A stretch of DNA of 64,000 nt from an uncultured Clostridia bacterium. GTDB taxonomy: Bacteria > Bacillota > Clostridia > Christensenellales > UBA1242. Below the pieces are notes generated by a model. That model searched no databases and had not been told where the DNA came from. It worked only from the letters and a program-made list of their open reading frames with translations. The stretch covers positions 27,005 to 91,004 of the forward strand of contig CAKVNK010000002.1 of the NCBI GenBank assembly GCA_934777435.1. Direction: 5' to 3'. Positions within the stretch are counted from its first letter, which is position 1. Every line of letters starts with the position of its first letter. Shown in pieces: positions 19,477 through 30,000 of the stretch. The translations under genes and the position numbers were made by a program.

Positions 19477-19767
19477 TTACAAATTTTTTGTAGTGTTTTC
19501 CCTGTCCGCAAGCGAACTTTTTAAATGTAAAATTTCATTTTTAAGACGGTTGCACTCGGCTTGTTTTGCCTTTAATTCTGCCAAAAGTTTTTCACAATTA
19601 GATTGAGTGTTGATAATTTGTGCTTTTGTTTCAAGTTCAATCTTTCTTTTCATAATGCTGACAATACCAGCAAAAAGGGCGTTGATGTCTTCGTCCGAAA
19701 TTGGAGGTGGCATAACGTGTACACTGCATGGTTGTTTTGGGTTGTTGTGTTGTTTGTCTTTAATCAT
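19477..19767 (-). CDS. Hypothetical small coiled-coil protein
   Basis: GGGGAAAA SD 8 nt upstream of ATG 19767 (MIKDKQ...). The C-terminal half is heptad-like (KLLAELKAKQAECNRLKNEILHLKSSL). Confidence 0.5.
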   Translation of the reverse strand: MIKDKQHNNPKQPCSVHVMPPPISDEDINALFAGIVSIMKRKIELETKAQIINTQSNCEKLLAELKAKQAECNRLKNEILHLKSSLADRENTTKNL

Positions 19768-19904
19768 AAAAATATTTTCCCCAAGTTTTAAATTATTATG
19801 GTGCAAAATATTGGCTTAATATGCCTAAATTTGCAATTTGTTGCAACTGAAAGTGAGTTTAAAGTTTGTGTGAAATTTTGTGTTGTTCGCTCATAAATAT
19901 AAGT

Positions 19905-20813
19905 ATGAACTATTTGGTTGTAAATGATGATTGTGTGTTGAATTTGGATAAATCTGTAACACTTAAAGCAAATGTACCTTATTTGGTAACCGATTTAGAG
20001 GATAAACCTATTTTATGTTTAAGCAAAAATCAAACACCGATATATACAAATTTTTATGCACTGTTTTTGGGCTTTGCTACAAAAGATAACTGTTCAGTTG
20101 ATAAAAGTTGTGGTTGCAAGTTTGGTGAAAACTGCCGTGGTCAACTTGTGCAAAATGGTGCTGATAAATACTTGTTTTTGTTTTTTTCGGGTATATGTAG
20201 GCAAGATTTTAGATGTTTTGAATTTAACGGTAAACAAGTTTTTGTTCTGCTTGGTGAAAGGCTGATGATAAATTTTGCTGGCAAACAGGTTGTAAATATT
20301 GAAGTTGCAGGAATTGAGTTTTCACATTTTGAAATTGAAAATGATTTTTGTTTTATCTTTTTTGAAGGGCAAAGAAAATTTTTGGTTGTGTTAAATAAAA
20401 CCAATTTAGTTTGGGCTGATTTTTATGATGAATACAATGCTTCAAAAGGTGAACGTCAAATTTTAAAACACTTGTGTGACGGATTGAATCATGGGCGAGT
20501 GTTGAACTTAAAAGACAGTAAAGACGAAACTTATTTGGTGTATCTTGATGATTATGAATTACAGTTAAAACCAAAATTTGTAGCTTTGATTTTTATGGAT
20601 TGTTTGCTTGCGGGCAACTATAAATATTGTTCCGCTTTGGCGGATAAAGATTTGAAGTTTGATGAGATAAATTTAAAGCAATTTTTTCCCGAGTTCGATT
20701 CATATTTTCCGCTTAATGCAACAAGTGTGGTTATGTTCAAAAAAAATGCCCTAGTGGGCATTTGTGATTTTGAAATTGTTGAAGATAAAATTATCAATAT
20801 AACAATTAAATAG
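19905..20813 (+). CDS. Hypothetical protein (302 aa)
   Basis: Long ORF with native-looking codon usage. First ATG is at 19905 and there is no clear SD. No motif recognised. Confidence 0.5.
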   Translation: MNYLVVNDDCVLNLDKSVTLKANVPYLVTDLEDKPILCLSKNQTPIYTNFYALFLGFATKDNCSVDKSCGCKFGENCRGQLVQNGADKYLFLFFSGICRQDFRCFEFNGKQVFVLLGERLMINFAGKQVVNIEVAGIEFSHFEIENDFCFIFFEGQRKFLVVLNKTNLVWADFYDEYNASKGERQILKHLCDGLNHGRVLNLKDSKDETYLVYLDDYELQLKPKFVALIFMDCLLAGNYKYCSALADKDLKFDEINLKQFFPEFDSYFPLNATSVVMFKKNALVGICDFEIVEDKIINITIK

Positions 20814-20840
20814 AGTTGGACTTTGTGCTGGATAATCTTA

Positions 20841-23267
20841 TTAATCTTGATTAGATTGATTGCTTTGCTCTTGTGCGTTTTCGCTTTTATGTTTACCTGG
20901 CATTTCAAACAATTTGTTGAGAACAAGATAAACTGGGTAAGCAGTTTGGCAAACAATAATAAGGAACAAAACGTCAGGGTAAGCAAGTGGAACATATTTA
21001 AACAAGTCGTAAAGCACAACAACCGCTGTGATTGTAAGTCCAAGGCAGGCTATATACATTAATGTCTTAAACCAGTTGAAAGGTTTACACATTTTAAACA
21101 ATGCTAAAAAGCCGATTGCTAAAATTGCAAGAGATGACATTGTTACCAACACTTCGGTTGAAATGCCAGTGAACATTTGATAGATATACATTGTGATTGT
21201 TGCAGCAATCAAGCATATGCCGGCTGGCAAGGTTGTTTTTGCAATGTTAACCAAAAATTTACCCTCAATTTTGTTTGTGTTAGGTTGCAATGCCAGGAAG
21301 AAAGATGGCAAACCGATAACAAACACTTCAAGCAATGTGAACTGAATAGGGCTGAACGGATAGGTTTTGTTAAGGCAGAGAACAAACACTGCGATACATA
21401 TTGCAAAAATGGTTTTCATAAGGAAAAGTGAAGACGATTTTTGAACATTATTTACGACTCTACGGCCTTCAGCAACCACGCTTGGCATAGAACTGAAGTT
21501 GCTATCCAACAAAACAAGTTGACTGACACTGCGTGCTGCATCACTGCCGGCTGCGATTGCGATTGAACAATCTGCTTCTTTAAGGGCAAGGATATCGTTT
21601 ACGCCGTCACCAGTCATAGCCACAGTTTTGCCTTGACTTTTAAGTGTTTTAACCAAAATGGCTTTTTGTTCTGGGCTGACACGGCCAAAGATTGAATATT
21701 TTGTTGCGGCTTCCATGACTTCGGTGTTGCTTAAACCATAAAGGCTGATATATTTATCATAATTTTCAACGCCAACACGTCTTGCAACTTCGCTTACTGT
21801 AACTGGGTTGTCACCAGAAATAATTTTAATATCTACGCCATTATCTTTAAACCATTGAATAGTTTTTGGAGCGTCTTTACGGATATTATCTTGCAACAAA
21901 ATGAAGGCAACAGGTTTTGCATTTGTGGCTGAAAAGTTTGCGTCACTTTCAGTAAGCAAAAGCACACGATAACCGCTTAAAGAATATTCTTCTGCTTGTT
22001 TTTTTAGTTCTGCAGACGGTTTATCCATAACAAACTCATATGCACCAAGTTTATAAGCACCAACTGACCTGAATTTACAAGCCATAAATTTACGTTCGCT
22101 TGAAAATGGTATTGATTTATCAGCAGAATAACAAGGTTTGCCAAAGTATGATTTAAGGGCAAGGGCAGTGTGGTTTGCGTCATGGAAGGCGTTAACCATA
22201 CTTGCAACAATTTTATCAACATCTTTTGCGGTTTTATTTGAAAGAAGCACAACATCTTTAACACTCATTGAACCATTTGTGAGTGTGCCGGTTTTATCCA
22301 AACAAAGCACGTCTGTGCGGGCAAGCATTTCAATGCAATACAAATCTTGAACCAAGGTTCGCTTTTTTGCCAAACGGACAACGCTGACAGCCAAAGCAAC
22401 AGAAGTAAGCAAGAACATACCAGCAGGAATCATGGCTATAATACAGCCACTTGTTTTTGTGATTGTCATATAAAGCAAACCATAATCCTGTGCTGGGTTT
22501 GCAAGATAATATTTATAGTTGTTGTAAGCCATAAGTATTGCGATAGGCACCATAAATATACTGATGATTTTGATAAGTGTACGCAAGGAGGTTAACAATT
22601 CACTTTTTGCTTGTTTAAACTTTTTTGCTTTTTGGCTGAGTTCTGAAATATAGTTGTCGTCACCAATTTTGTTTACCTTTGCAACACATGTGCCACTTGA
22701 AATAAAACTACCGCCAAGCAAACTGTCGCCTTTGGACTTTTTGATAGGTAAACTTTCACCAGTAAGCAAACTTTCGTTAACTTCAACATTGCCAGAAACA
22801 ACAATGCTGTCACAAGCAATTTGTGCACCTGGGTTTAAAACTAATAAATCGTCTAACACAACTTCGGTTTTGTAAATTTCTTGTTCTTCACCATCACGAA
22901 TAACTTTTGTGAAGTTGGAGTTGGTGAGGGATAATTTATCCATGGTTTTTTTAGCACGCACTTCTTGCACGATACCAATGGTTGTGTTGATAACAACAAT
23001 AACCATAAACATCATATCGCTATACGCACCAACAATGGTGAGTGCGATGGCAACCAACAAACAAGTTAAGTTGAAAAACGTGAAAACATTTTTGGCAATA
23101 ATGCTCCAAATGCTTTTTGTTGTTTTTGTGCTTGCAACATTAACCAAATTTTGTTCAGTGCGTTTTTGCACTTGTTCACTTGTTAAACCGGTATCAACTT
23201 TTGGGTTGAAACGAGTGATATTTTTTGGTGTTTTGCTTTTTTGTTTTTGTGATTTTTTGTTTGACAT
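20841..23267 (-). CDS. Cation-transporting P-type ATPase (HAD/E1-E2 type, P2-like)
   Basis: DKTGTLT phosphorylation motif, TGDGVNDILALKEAD hinge, TGES actuator motif (LTGESLP) and ~10 predicted TM segments. SD AAAGGA. Confidence 0.92.
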   Translation of the reverse strand: MSNKKSQKQKSKTPKNITRFNPKVDTGLTSEQVQKRTEQNLVNVASTKTTKSIWSIIAKNVFTFFNLTCLLVAIALTIVGAYSDMMFMVIVVINTTIGIVQEVRAKKTMDKLSLTNSNFTKVIRDGEEQEIYKTEVVLDDLLVLNPGAQIACDSIVVSGNVEVNESLLTGESLPIKKSKGDSLLGGSFISSGTCVAKVNKIGDDNYISELSQKAKKFKQAKSELLTSLRTLIKIISIFMVPIAILMAYNNYKYYLANPAQDYGLLYMTITKTSGCIIAMIPAGMFLLTSVALAVSVVRLAKKRTLVQDLYCIEMLARTDVLCLDKTGTLTNGSMSVKDVVLLSNKTAKDVDKIVASMVNAFHDANHTALALKSYFGKPCYSADKSIPFSSERKFMACKFRSVGAYKLGAYEFVMDKPSAELKKQAEEYSLSGYRVLLLTESDANFSATNAKPVAFILLQDNIRKDAPKTIQWFKDNGVDIKIISGDNPVTVSEVARRVGVENYDKYISLYGLSNTEVMEAATKYSIFGRVSPEQKAILVKTLKSQGKTVAMTGDGVNDILALKEADCSIAIAAGSDAARSVSQLVLLDSNFSSMPSVVAEGRRVVNNVQKSSSLFLMKTIFAICIAVFVLCLNKTYPFSPIQFTLLEVFVIGLPSFFLALQPNTNKIEGKFLVNIAKTTLPAGICLIAATITMYIYQMFTGISTEVLVTMSSLAILAIGFLALFKMCKPFNWFKTLMYIACLGLTITAVVVLYDLFKYVPLAYPDVLFLIIVCQTAYPVYLVLNKLFEMPGKHKSENAQEQSNQSNQD

Positions 23268-23561
23268 ATTTGTCCTTTTTGTAAAATGATAAAAAATTAT
23301 ATTTGCTTTAAATTATATATTTATATTAACACATAAAAAATATTTTAACAAATATTTAATTATATTTTTTAAAGGTAAAATAAAATTAAATAATTTAAAA
23401 ATAATTAAAAATATTAAAAAGCACTAATTTTTGTAGATTTTTTCAAGTAAATTTATATTTTTTGTGAATTGTTTTTTATTATGGTTTAATTTGTTTTTTG
23501 TTTGCCATGGTTTTAACAAATTTTAACTTTACCACATAAAAATAAAAAGGAGAAAGTTAAA

Positions 23562-24077
23562 ATGGATTTTGAAGATATTGAAGTTAAAATAAATCAGCCA
23601 TACCCAGAAATTGTTGACGCAAAAACTGACCCGCAAACTGTTGCGGTTTTGAAGAATTTGGCATTTTCAAATGTTGGGGAACTTGAAGCCGTGCTTACAT
23701 ATATTTATCAATCGGTGATTGCGGATAAAACACATAAAGACATTGCTGATGTGTTTGAAGAAATTGGTATTGTTGAAATGATGCACCAAGATATGCTTAT
23801 GCACGCTATCACAGCGTTTGGTGGTGTGCCACGATATGAAGACGCAAATGGCACATACTACACAACACGTAGTGTTAATTACACACAAAAATTAAGTGAA
23901 ATGTTAAACAACAATATTGCCGCGGAAGAACTTACAATAAAAATGTACACTGATGGTATAAACCGAGTTACAAACCAAAGCTTAAAAGATTTATTTGCAA
24001 GAATCATTTTAGATGAAAAACGCCATGTTGAAATTTTTAAAGCAATAAGAGATAGTGTGCAATTCTTATCTATCTAG
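23562..24077 (+). CDS. Ferritin-like di-iron protein (Mn-catalase/CotJC-like family)
   Basis: SD AAAGGAGAA. GELEAVLTYIYQ resembles CotJC GELAAALRYLNQ. Two ExxH motifs (VEMMH, DEKRH). Confidence 0.6.
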   Translation: MDFEDIEVKINQPYPEIVDAKTDPQTVAVLKNLAFSNVGELEAVLTYIYQSVIADKTHKDIADVFEEIGIVEMMHQDMLMHAITAFGGVPRYEDANGTYYTTRSVNYTQKLSEMLNNNIAAEELTIKMYTDGINRVTNQSLKDLFARIILDEKRHVEIFKAIRDSVQFLSI

Positions 24078-24439
24078 GTTTTGTGTTTAGGTTTATCTTT
24101 TGTTGAAAGATTGTGGAAATGTTTGGTTGATAAAAATGGTTGTGATTTAGCATTTGTTATGCAGATAAAAAACAAACCGAGTTTGAGTGTTTGGCAATTA
24201 AATTTTGTTGGTGATAAATAAAAAATAATTTTTAAAATATTTTAAAAAATTAAATAAAATTAACAAAAAAATTGCAAATTTATTGTTATTTAACATATTT
24301 TGCAATTTTCTAATATTATTTTGTGAATTTTTATTATTTTATTTTGCTGATGAATTTTATTTAACATTGATAACAAATTTTAAAATTTTTAAAAAGTGCA
24401 TTGGTTGTGGATAATTTGTTTTTTGTCAAGTTTTAATTT

Positions 24440-25210
24440 TTATTTACAATACAACATTAATTCACGTAACTTGCCAAAGCGGTTGATTTCTTTTAAATTC
24501 TTTTTGTTAACAACAGCGTGTGCTTTTATCAGCAACTCGTTGTTAAAATTGAAAATATCTTTGGTGCAAATTTTACCTAGCAAGAAATCACTATTTTGAA
24601 TTTGCGTGGTAGCAGTTTCAACCAAAACGGCGTTTGTGTTTTCAACGTCTGTTAAAGGTTGTGCTGTTCCTTTTTCAGTTTTTGTGTTGTTTTTAATTGG
24701 CAAAATGTTTGCAGTCTCTGTTTGCTTGGTTTTGAAAATTTTTGGCATTTTGTTTGGCACAAATTTGCTGACGTCAACCTTGCTTGATTTATCATAAAAT
24801 ATCACTGTGTTTTTGCCAGAAGATGCAATCATATCAGCAGGGAGAACAAGGTTGTTTTCAAATGAGATTTTGTCGGTTAAATATTTTTCAGTTAAGATGA
24901 TTTCTTTAACTACACCTAAAAACTCACCTTTAATGTTAAACGCTTTTGAACCTATTGGGCAAGTGGAATAGCAATCGTCTTCAATTTTTAAACTTACCGC
25001 TGTGTTGTTTTTGATTGTTATTGCATTTTTGCCAACATTATAAATGTTTTTTGTTGGAAGCAAAAAGCGTGTGTCGTTTTCGCTTGTCAATTCAAAATAT
25101 AACAACTTTTTAAGTTTACGGTCGAATAAAAGTTTGTCCACATTACCAATCAATTCGCCCTCATAAAGAGATAAAACTGGACGAGATAAAAAATCAGAAC
25201 AATAATACAT
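24440..25210 (-). CDS. PRC-barrel domain protein (YlmC/YmxH-like, duplicated barrel)
   Basis: SD TAGGAG. N-terminal SRPVLSLYEGELIGNVDKLLFD and a second KAFNIKGEFLGVVKEIIL segment fit the PRC-barrel pattern. Confidence 0.55.
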   Translation of the reverse strand: MYYCSDFLSRPVLSLYEGELIGNVDKLLFDRKLKKLLYFELTSENDTRFLLPTKNIYNVGKNAITIKNNTAVSLKIEDDCYSTCPIGSKAFNIKGEFLGVVKEIILTEKYLTDKISFENNLVLPADMIASSGKNTVIFYDKSSKVDVSKFVPNKMPKIFKTKQTETANILPIKNNTKTEKGTAQPLTDVENTNAVLVETATTQIQNSDFLLGKICTKDIFNFNNELLIKAHAVVNKKNLKEINRFGKLRELMLYCK

Positions 25211-25445
25211 AACAACTCCTAAAATAATTTATGATTGTTTATTTTTGATATGATATTTTGCCTGCGTTTTCTGTGCGAATATTTTGTCAAAGATGCGTTT
25301 TATTTTGTTTAAATAAAAAGATATATGTTGAATATTTTAAACTAATTATTTGATTTAATTTATTTTTTTAGTTATACTAAATATATATTACAATTTGCGT
25401 TTAGCATTTTAGGGGATAAATTTTGCTAAACATTTTAGGGGTAAC

Positions 25446-28400
25446 ATGAAAAAGCGTTTATGGTTGTTTATTTTATGTTTATGCGTGCCATTTGTCTTTG
25501 TTGGGTGTGAGTCGCTTAACAAAGATTATCTTTCCACGCCTAAAAATTTGGTTGTTGAAGCAGATGGGCTTATAACTTTTGAACGTGTGAATAATGATGA
25601 ATATTATGTTATCCGTGTTAACCAACTTGAACAAAATGTTTTTGTTGCAACCGCTAACCCTTATATGGAATTATATAATCAAAATGGTGTAAACTATTTG
25701 CAATATGACATTTCACGTATGCTTAACCTTGGCGAAAGTTATTCAATTCAAGTTAAAGCATGTGCAAGCAAAAAGAAAGATAGTGCTTACACCAAAGCCA
25801 TAAGTTATGTGCATCAAGTGCATATTGACACACCAGAAACACAAATCGTTGGCAACACCTTAACATGGAACAATGTTTACAATGCAAGCAGTTACATAGT
25901 TAAAGTTGTAACTCCTTCAACCGTTGTTGAAGCAGACGACCCAGAAACTATTGCAAACGCATCAAATGTGTTTAGTTCACAATATAGTTTGAATAAATTT
26001 GACTTTGCTTCAATGTTAACTGAAGCGGGTGAATTTAAGTTCTATGTTAAGGCAGTCAGCCGTGATAACAATTATTTGGAAAGCAGTTTCAGCCCTAAAA
26101 TTGTCTACTATAACTACGTTAATCTTGCAACACCACAAAATTTGGAATTGCACAAAATTGACAATGACTGGATTTTGACTTGTGTTTTAGACCAATATAC
26201 AAACAACTTGCAAGTTGACCTTAATGGTGAAGTTGAGTTGTTGGATATTTTGGATAGCAGCATCACACGTGATGAAGTTTGTGACAACTTAATTTACATC
26301 AATTTAAACCAAGCATTTAAAAGCAAAAACATTGATTTTGAAAACTTAATCAGCGCAAAAGTTAGTTGTAAAGCAGTTTATGGCACACAAACACAAAACT
26401 ATTACACAAATTCTAACTGGTCAAAGCCTGCTGAACTTACAATCAAAAGCAGGTTAGAAGCCCCAACTTTAACTTTAAATGCTGACAGCAACATTTTATC
26501 TTGGTCAGCAGTGGAAAGTGATTATGTGGTTGGTTATCGTGTTTATGTATACAAGGCAACAGCTGTGGAACAAAGTTTGCTTGCTTCAAATTGCTTGAAC
26601 TTTGAATTGCCAGATGATTATGTTTCAGTTGCTGTGCAAACTGTGGCACAAGGCAATGTTGAATCAAGTGTGTTGAGTGAAATTAAACACAATGGTGAAA
26701 ATCAAACTGAAAATATCGGCGTTCAACTTCAAGGCAACAATTTGGTTTGGGGTGAAATTGAAAACGCTTATTATATTGTTGAAACAAACAAAGAAATTTT
26801 GGTGCTTAACACCAATCAGTTAAATTTGTTAAGCCTTAACTATTTGGTAACAGAAGTTAAAGTGACCGCCATTGTTGCAAACAAAAACAGCAACACCGCA
26901 ACTTTAAAACCTAATTACAAAGTCCAACTTGGCACACCACAAAATGCTGGCTTTGTATCAAGCAATAAATATATGTTAAGTTTTGACGCTGTTAAAAATG
27001 CGGTTGGTTATAAAGTGTATATCACCGATTTATCACAAGAAACCAACCAAGCAGTTTGCATTAATCAATTATTTGTTAACAATCGTGTTGATTTGGCAAA
27101 CTATATCACACGTGGTAAAGAATATCGTGTTCAAGTGCAAGCAGTGGCAGATAAATATGGCTATTATGTGGATAGTGAACTCAGCAGTCGTGACTTAACT
27201 TTAACTTATAGTCAAATTTTGGACGTGCCACAATTTGTTACTGACAGCCTTAATAATCCAATCACTATTGAAACAAACGGAAGCAGAAAATATTATCTTA
27301 ACTTCAATGGTGTTGAAGGTGCATACAGATATGAAATTATGGTTAACTTTAACACAAAAACTGTGCTTAATGATAACCGCACAACACCTTATAAAGTTGA
27401 TATAACCGACTTTTTAACCGATATTAATGGCGAAGTTATGGCAAACTCTTACAACATAACAGTGCGTGCTTTGCCACAAGAATCAGATAGCATCACACAA
27501 GCAAGCAAATTTAACAGTTATGTTTATAAATTGCGTGACCAATTAAAACAAGTTACAAACATTGTGGTAAGCAATCCAGACGAAACTGACGGTAAATATG
27601 TGCTTTCTTTCGATTTGCAAGACAATGCACAAAGTTATAGTGTTGAAATTATCAAACTTAACGACACTGAATACACAAGGTACCTTGCAAGTTTAACACC
27701 AAAACTTACCTTGCCTATCACAAACGTGAAAGGTGCGATTGATATTACCGCTTATGTTCAACAGGCTGGCGAATATTATATCTATATCACTGCTTACCCT
27801 GGTGCAGATAACAGTTATTATGATGCGTCTGATAGGTCAAGTGAATATGCTGTTGTAAGCAAATTGCAAACTTTGGCAACCCCATCAAATTTAAGATACA
27901 ACAATCAATCTAACACTGAATTCTTAATTGGTTGGGCAGGGGATACAAATGCTGACAGTTACACAATCAAAGTTACAACACCTAAACACAAAGAATATAT
28001 TTACAAAACAAACCAAACAACCTTTAATATCAATGATATTATAACGGTTGAAGGCGGATATAAATTTGCAGTTAAATCTGTGGTTTATGCTAACAGTGAA
28101 AGTTCAAAATCATATGTTTCAAGTTCGTATAGTGAGGAGTGCTCTTTCACTTATCGTTACACCGATTTAAAAGACTTTGAACGTTTTGGCGTTTATTTGT
28201 TTGATGATACAACTAAATACAATTATGCAATCAGCAATGTAACAAATTTAACCAACTTGCTTTGGTATCACTTGTTGTTTGGTGTGGACGAAAACTATAA
28301 ACTTAACATTTATATCAAACCACAAACCAACGAAACAGTTAAACAAGCAATTATAAGGTTGGCTGATGAGGCTTCAAACTATCAATTATCTTCTGGCAAC

Positions 28401-29963
28401 ACCAGCATTTATAACTTTGCATCTGACGCTTCATGGCAAGCGTTAGTGGGCAGTGTTGGCACATCAAATGCAAGTTTGCTTGGCTATGTTTGCAGAAACT
28501 TGCTCAATCAATATCCAGAATTTGCAATAGTTGGCAATTTCAGTTGTGAATCAACCAACGAAAATGTGTTCAGCTTGAACTTTAAAAACACATTAGATGT
28601 TGAAAAGGTTGAAAATACCGCACATGTAATCATGGCAAAAGATTATGCAAACAAGTTTAAATATATTGACAAGTCTGTGCGTAGAAACATCAACAGCGTG
28701 TTTGCAATAGATAATCGCAAAGAGATGGAAGTAAGCACAACTGAACAATTATTTATGGCTGTTCAATATGGCTTTAAACCTGTGTTTGTTGGCAACTGCA
28801 CAGTGGCACAAAAAGTGTATGAAAATGCAAAATTAGTGCTTACCGCTATTGCTTCAACCAACATGACCGACCTTGAAAAAGCAACCGCAATCTTTGATTG
28901 GCTTGAATTTGCTTTCAATATCAATATGGACGCAAGGCTTATCACAGAAGGCAGTGTGACAAAGGCTGGCACATTGGCAGACTATGGCACTCGTGCAGAA
29001 TTTTATCTTGACGGTTTGCTTTACAATATTGGGCAAACAACAAATGGTGATATTTTGATTGGCTCAAATAAAGCAACTGCTGAATCACTTTCAAAAGCGT
29101 TTGTGTTGCTTTGTGGCATTGAAGGCATTGAAACACGCAAAATTAATGGTAGTCTGCTTTATAAGGACACAGAAGGCAGTGCCGCAACTGGGCATAATCA
29201 CAGTTGGAACAAGATTAAAATTGCAACAACTGAAGGGGAAGTTGCAAGTTGGTATAATGTGGATATTGCATACAGCGATTTAAGATATTCCGCACGTGAA
29301 CACAGCAGTTCTTACAACATGGCAAGCCATATGTTCTTCTTGGTGTCTGATGCTTATTTACAAGCAAATTTGAATTTTGGTAACAGTATCAATGCTTTAA
29401 AAGTTAGTGATATGGGTGAAAAACAAATTGTAACAATGCCTTCAAGCAAACAAATTGGCAAGATTGAACAAAGTTACGATTTTTATGCAAGCACAATCAA
29501 AACGGTAAGTTATTCAACGCTTAGCCAAATTCTCAATGCGGGCAGTTTAGTTCCAGACCAAGATATGATGACAACTGGTGTAACACAGGCCGATGATGCT
29601 TCTTCAACGTTTGGGCTTAAATACAATGCAAGTGCTGATTACAGGCAATACTATTATGGTGAATATGACGGTAGAATTTCTCGCTTGCAAGCATATTTAC
29701 TTAACATGCTTATCTATGGCAAGAGTTTGCTTGTTTCTAATGACACCGAAAGAAGTGCGTTTGAATTGCGTGTTGATGAATCTGTTTCAATTGACGTGGC
29801 AGATCAACTTTCAAGATTGACACGTGAAAGATTGAACGAAATTTACATCACCGATGCTGAACAAGCAGATAGGAAATATTTAACTGTAAGTTCGTTCTCA
29901 ACCTATGACACTTCAACCGGCACAATCACACTTGTTGTTACAATGCAATATGCAACAAACTAA
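25446..29963 (+). CDS. Large lipoprotein: ~8 FN3-like repeats plus C-terminal transglutaminase-like (Cys-His-Asp) core
   Basis: Lipobox FVFVGC after MKKRLWLFILCLCVP. Repeats open with L.TP.N(L) and contain (A/S).Y.(V/I) motifs (SSYIVKVV, VGYRVYVY, VGYKVYIT, YRYEIMVN, QSYSVEII, DSYTIKVT). TGase core: LLCGIEGIETRKI (Cys at 29112-29114), HNHSWNKI (His at 29199-29201) and YNVDIAY (Asp at 29262-29264). Confidence 0.85.
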   Translation: MKKRLWLFILCLCVPFVFVGCESLNKDYLSTPKNLVVEADGLITFERVNNDEYYVIRVNQLEQNVFVATANPYMELYNQNGVNYLQYDISRMLNLGESYSIQVKACASKKKDSAYTKAISYVHQVHIDTPETQIVGNTLTWNNVYNASSYIVKVVTPSTVVEADDPETIANASNVFSSQYSLNKFDFASMLTEAGEFKFYVKAVSRDNNYLESSFSPKIVYYNYVNLATPQNLELHKIDNDWILTCVLDQYTNNLQVDLNGEVELLDILDSSITRDEVCDNLIYINLNQAFKSKNIDFENLISAKVSCKAVYGTQTQNYYTNSNWSKPAELTIKSRLEAPTLTLNADSNILSWSAVESDYVVGYRVYVYKATAVEQSLLASNCLNFELPDDYVSVAVQTVAQGNVESSVLSEIKHNGENQTENIGVQLQGNNLVWGEIENAYYIVETNKEILVLNTNQLNLLSLNYLVTEVKVTAIVANKNSNTATLKPNYKVQLGTPQNAGFVSSNKYMLSFDAVKNAVGYKVYITDLSQETNQAVCINQLFVNNRVDLANYITRGKEYRVQVQAVADKYGYYVDSELSSRDLTLTYSQILDVPQFVTDSLNNPITIETNGSRKYYLNFNGVEGAYRYEIMVNFNTKTVLNDNRTTPYKVDITDFLTDINGEVMANSYNITVRALPQESDSITQASKFNSYVYKLRDQLKQVTNIVVSNPDETDGKYVLSFDLQDNAQSYSVEIIKLNDTEYTRYLASLTPKLTLPITNVKGAIDITAYVQQAGEYYIYITAYPGADNSYYDASDRSSEYAVVSKLQTLATPSNLRYNNQSNTEFLIGWAGDTNADSYTIKVTTPKHKEYIYKTNQTTFNINDIITVEGGYKFAVKSVVYANSESSKSYVSSSYSEECSFTYRYTDLKDFERFGVYLFDDTTKYNYAISNVTNLTNLLWYHLLFGVDENYKLNIYIKPQTNETVKQAIIRLADEASNYQLSSGNTSIYNFASDASWQALVGSVGTSNASLLGYVCRNLLNQYPEFAIVGNFSCESTNENVFSLNFKNTLDVEKVENTAHVIMAKDYANKFKYIDKSVRRNINSVFAIDNRKEMEVSTTEQLFMAVQYGFKPVFVGNCTVAQKVYENAKLVLTAIASTNMTDLEKATAIFDWLEFAFNINMDARLITEGSVTKAGTLADYGTRAEFYLDGLLYNIGQTTNGDILIGSNKATAESLSKAFVLLCGIEGIETRKINGSLLYKDTEGSAATGHNHSWNKIKIATTEGEVASWYNVDIAYSDLRYSAREHSSSYNMASHMFFLVSDAYLQANLNFGNSINALKVSDMGEKQIVTMPSSKQIGKIEQSYDFYASTIKTVSYSTLSQILNAGSLVPDQDMMTTGVTQADDASSTFGLKYNASADYRQYYYGEYDGRISRLQAYLLNMLIYGKSLLVSNDTERSAFELRVDESVSIDVADQLSRLTRERLNEIYITDAEQADRKYLTVSSFSTYDTSTGTITLVVTMQYATN

Positions 29964-29966
29964 ATA

Positions 29967-29995
29967 GAATAATTTTGATTTAACGCGTCAAACTA
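29967..29995 (+). promoter_or_regulatory. Candidate forespore (sigma-G-type) promoter in the 37-nt gap before the gerA-type operon
   Basis: GAATA (29967-29971), 17-nt spacer, CAAACTA (29989-29995), compared with the consensus GHATR-N17/18-CATnnTA. It ends 5 nt before the ATG and there is no SD. Confidence 0.3.
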
Positions 29996-30000
29996 GAATT

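Noticed and set aside
4561-25431. Recurrent GTTTAGCA hairpin arm (4561, 17984, 25399) as a possible repeat family
   Set aside because: An AT-rich 8-mer is expected about two to three times by chance in 2 x 64 kb. The loops and flanks differ. I note it only in case genome-wide counts show enrichment.
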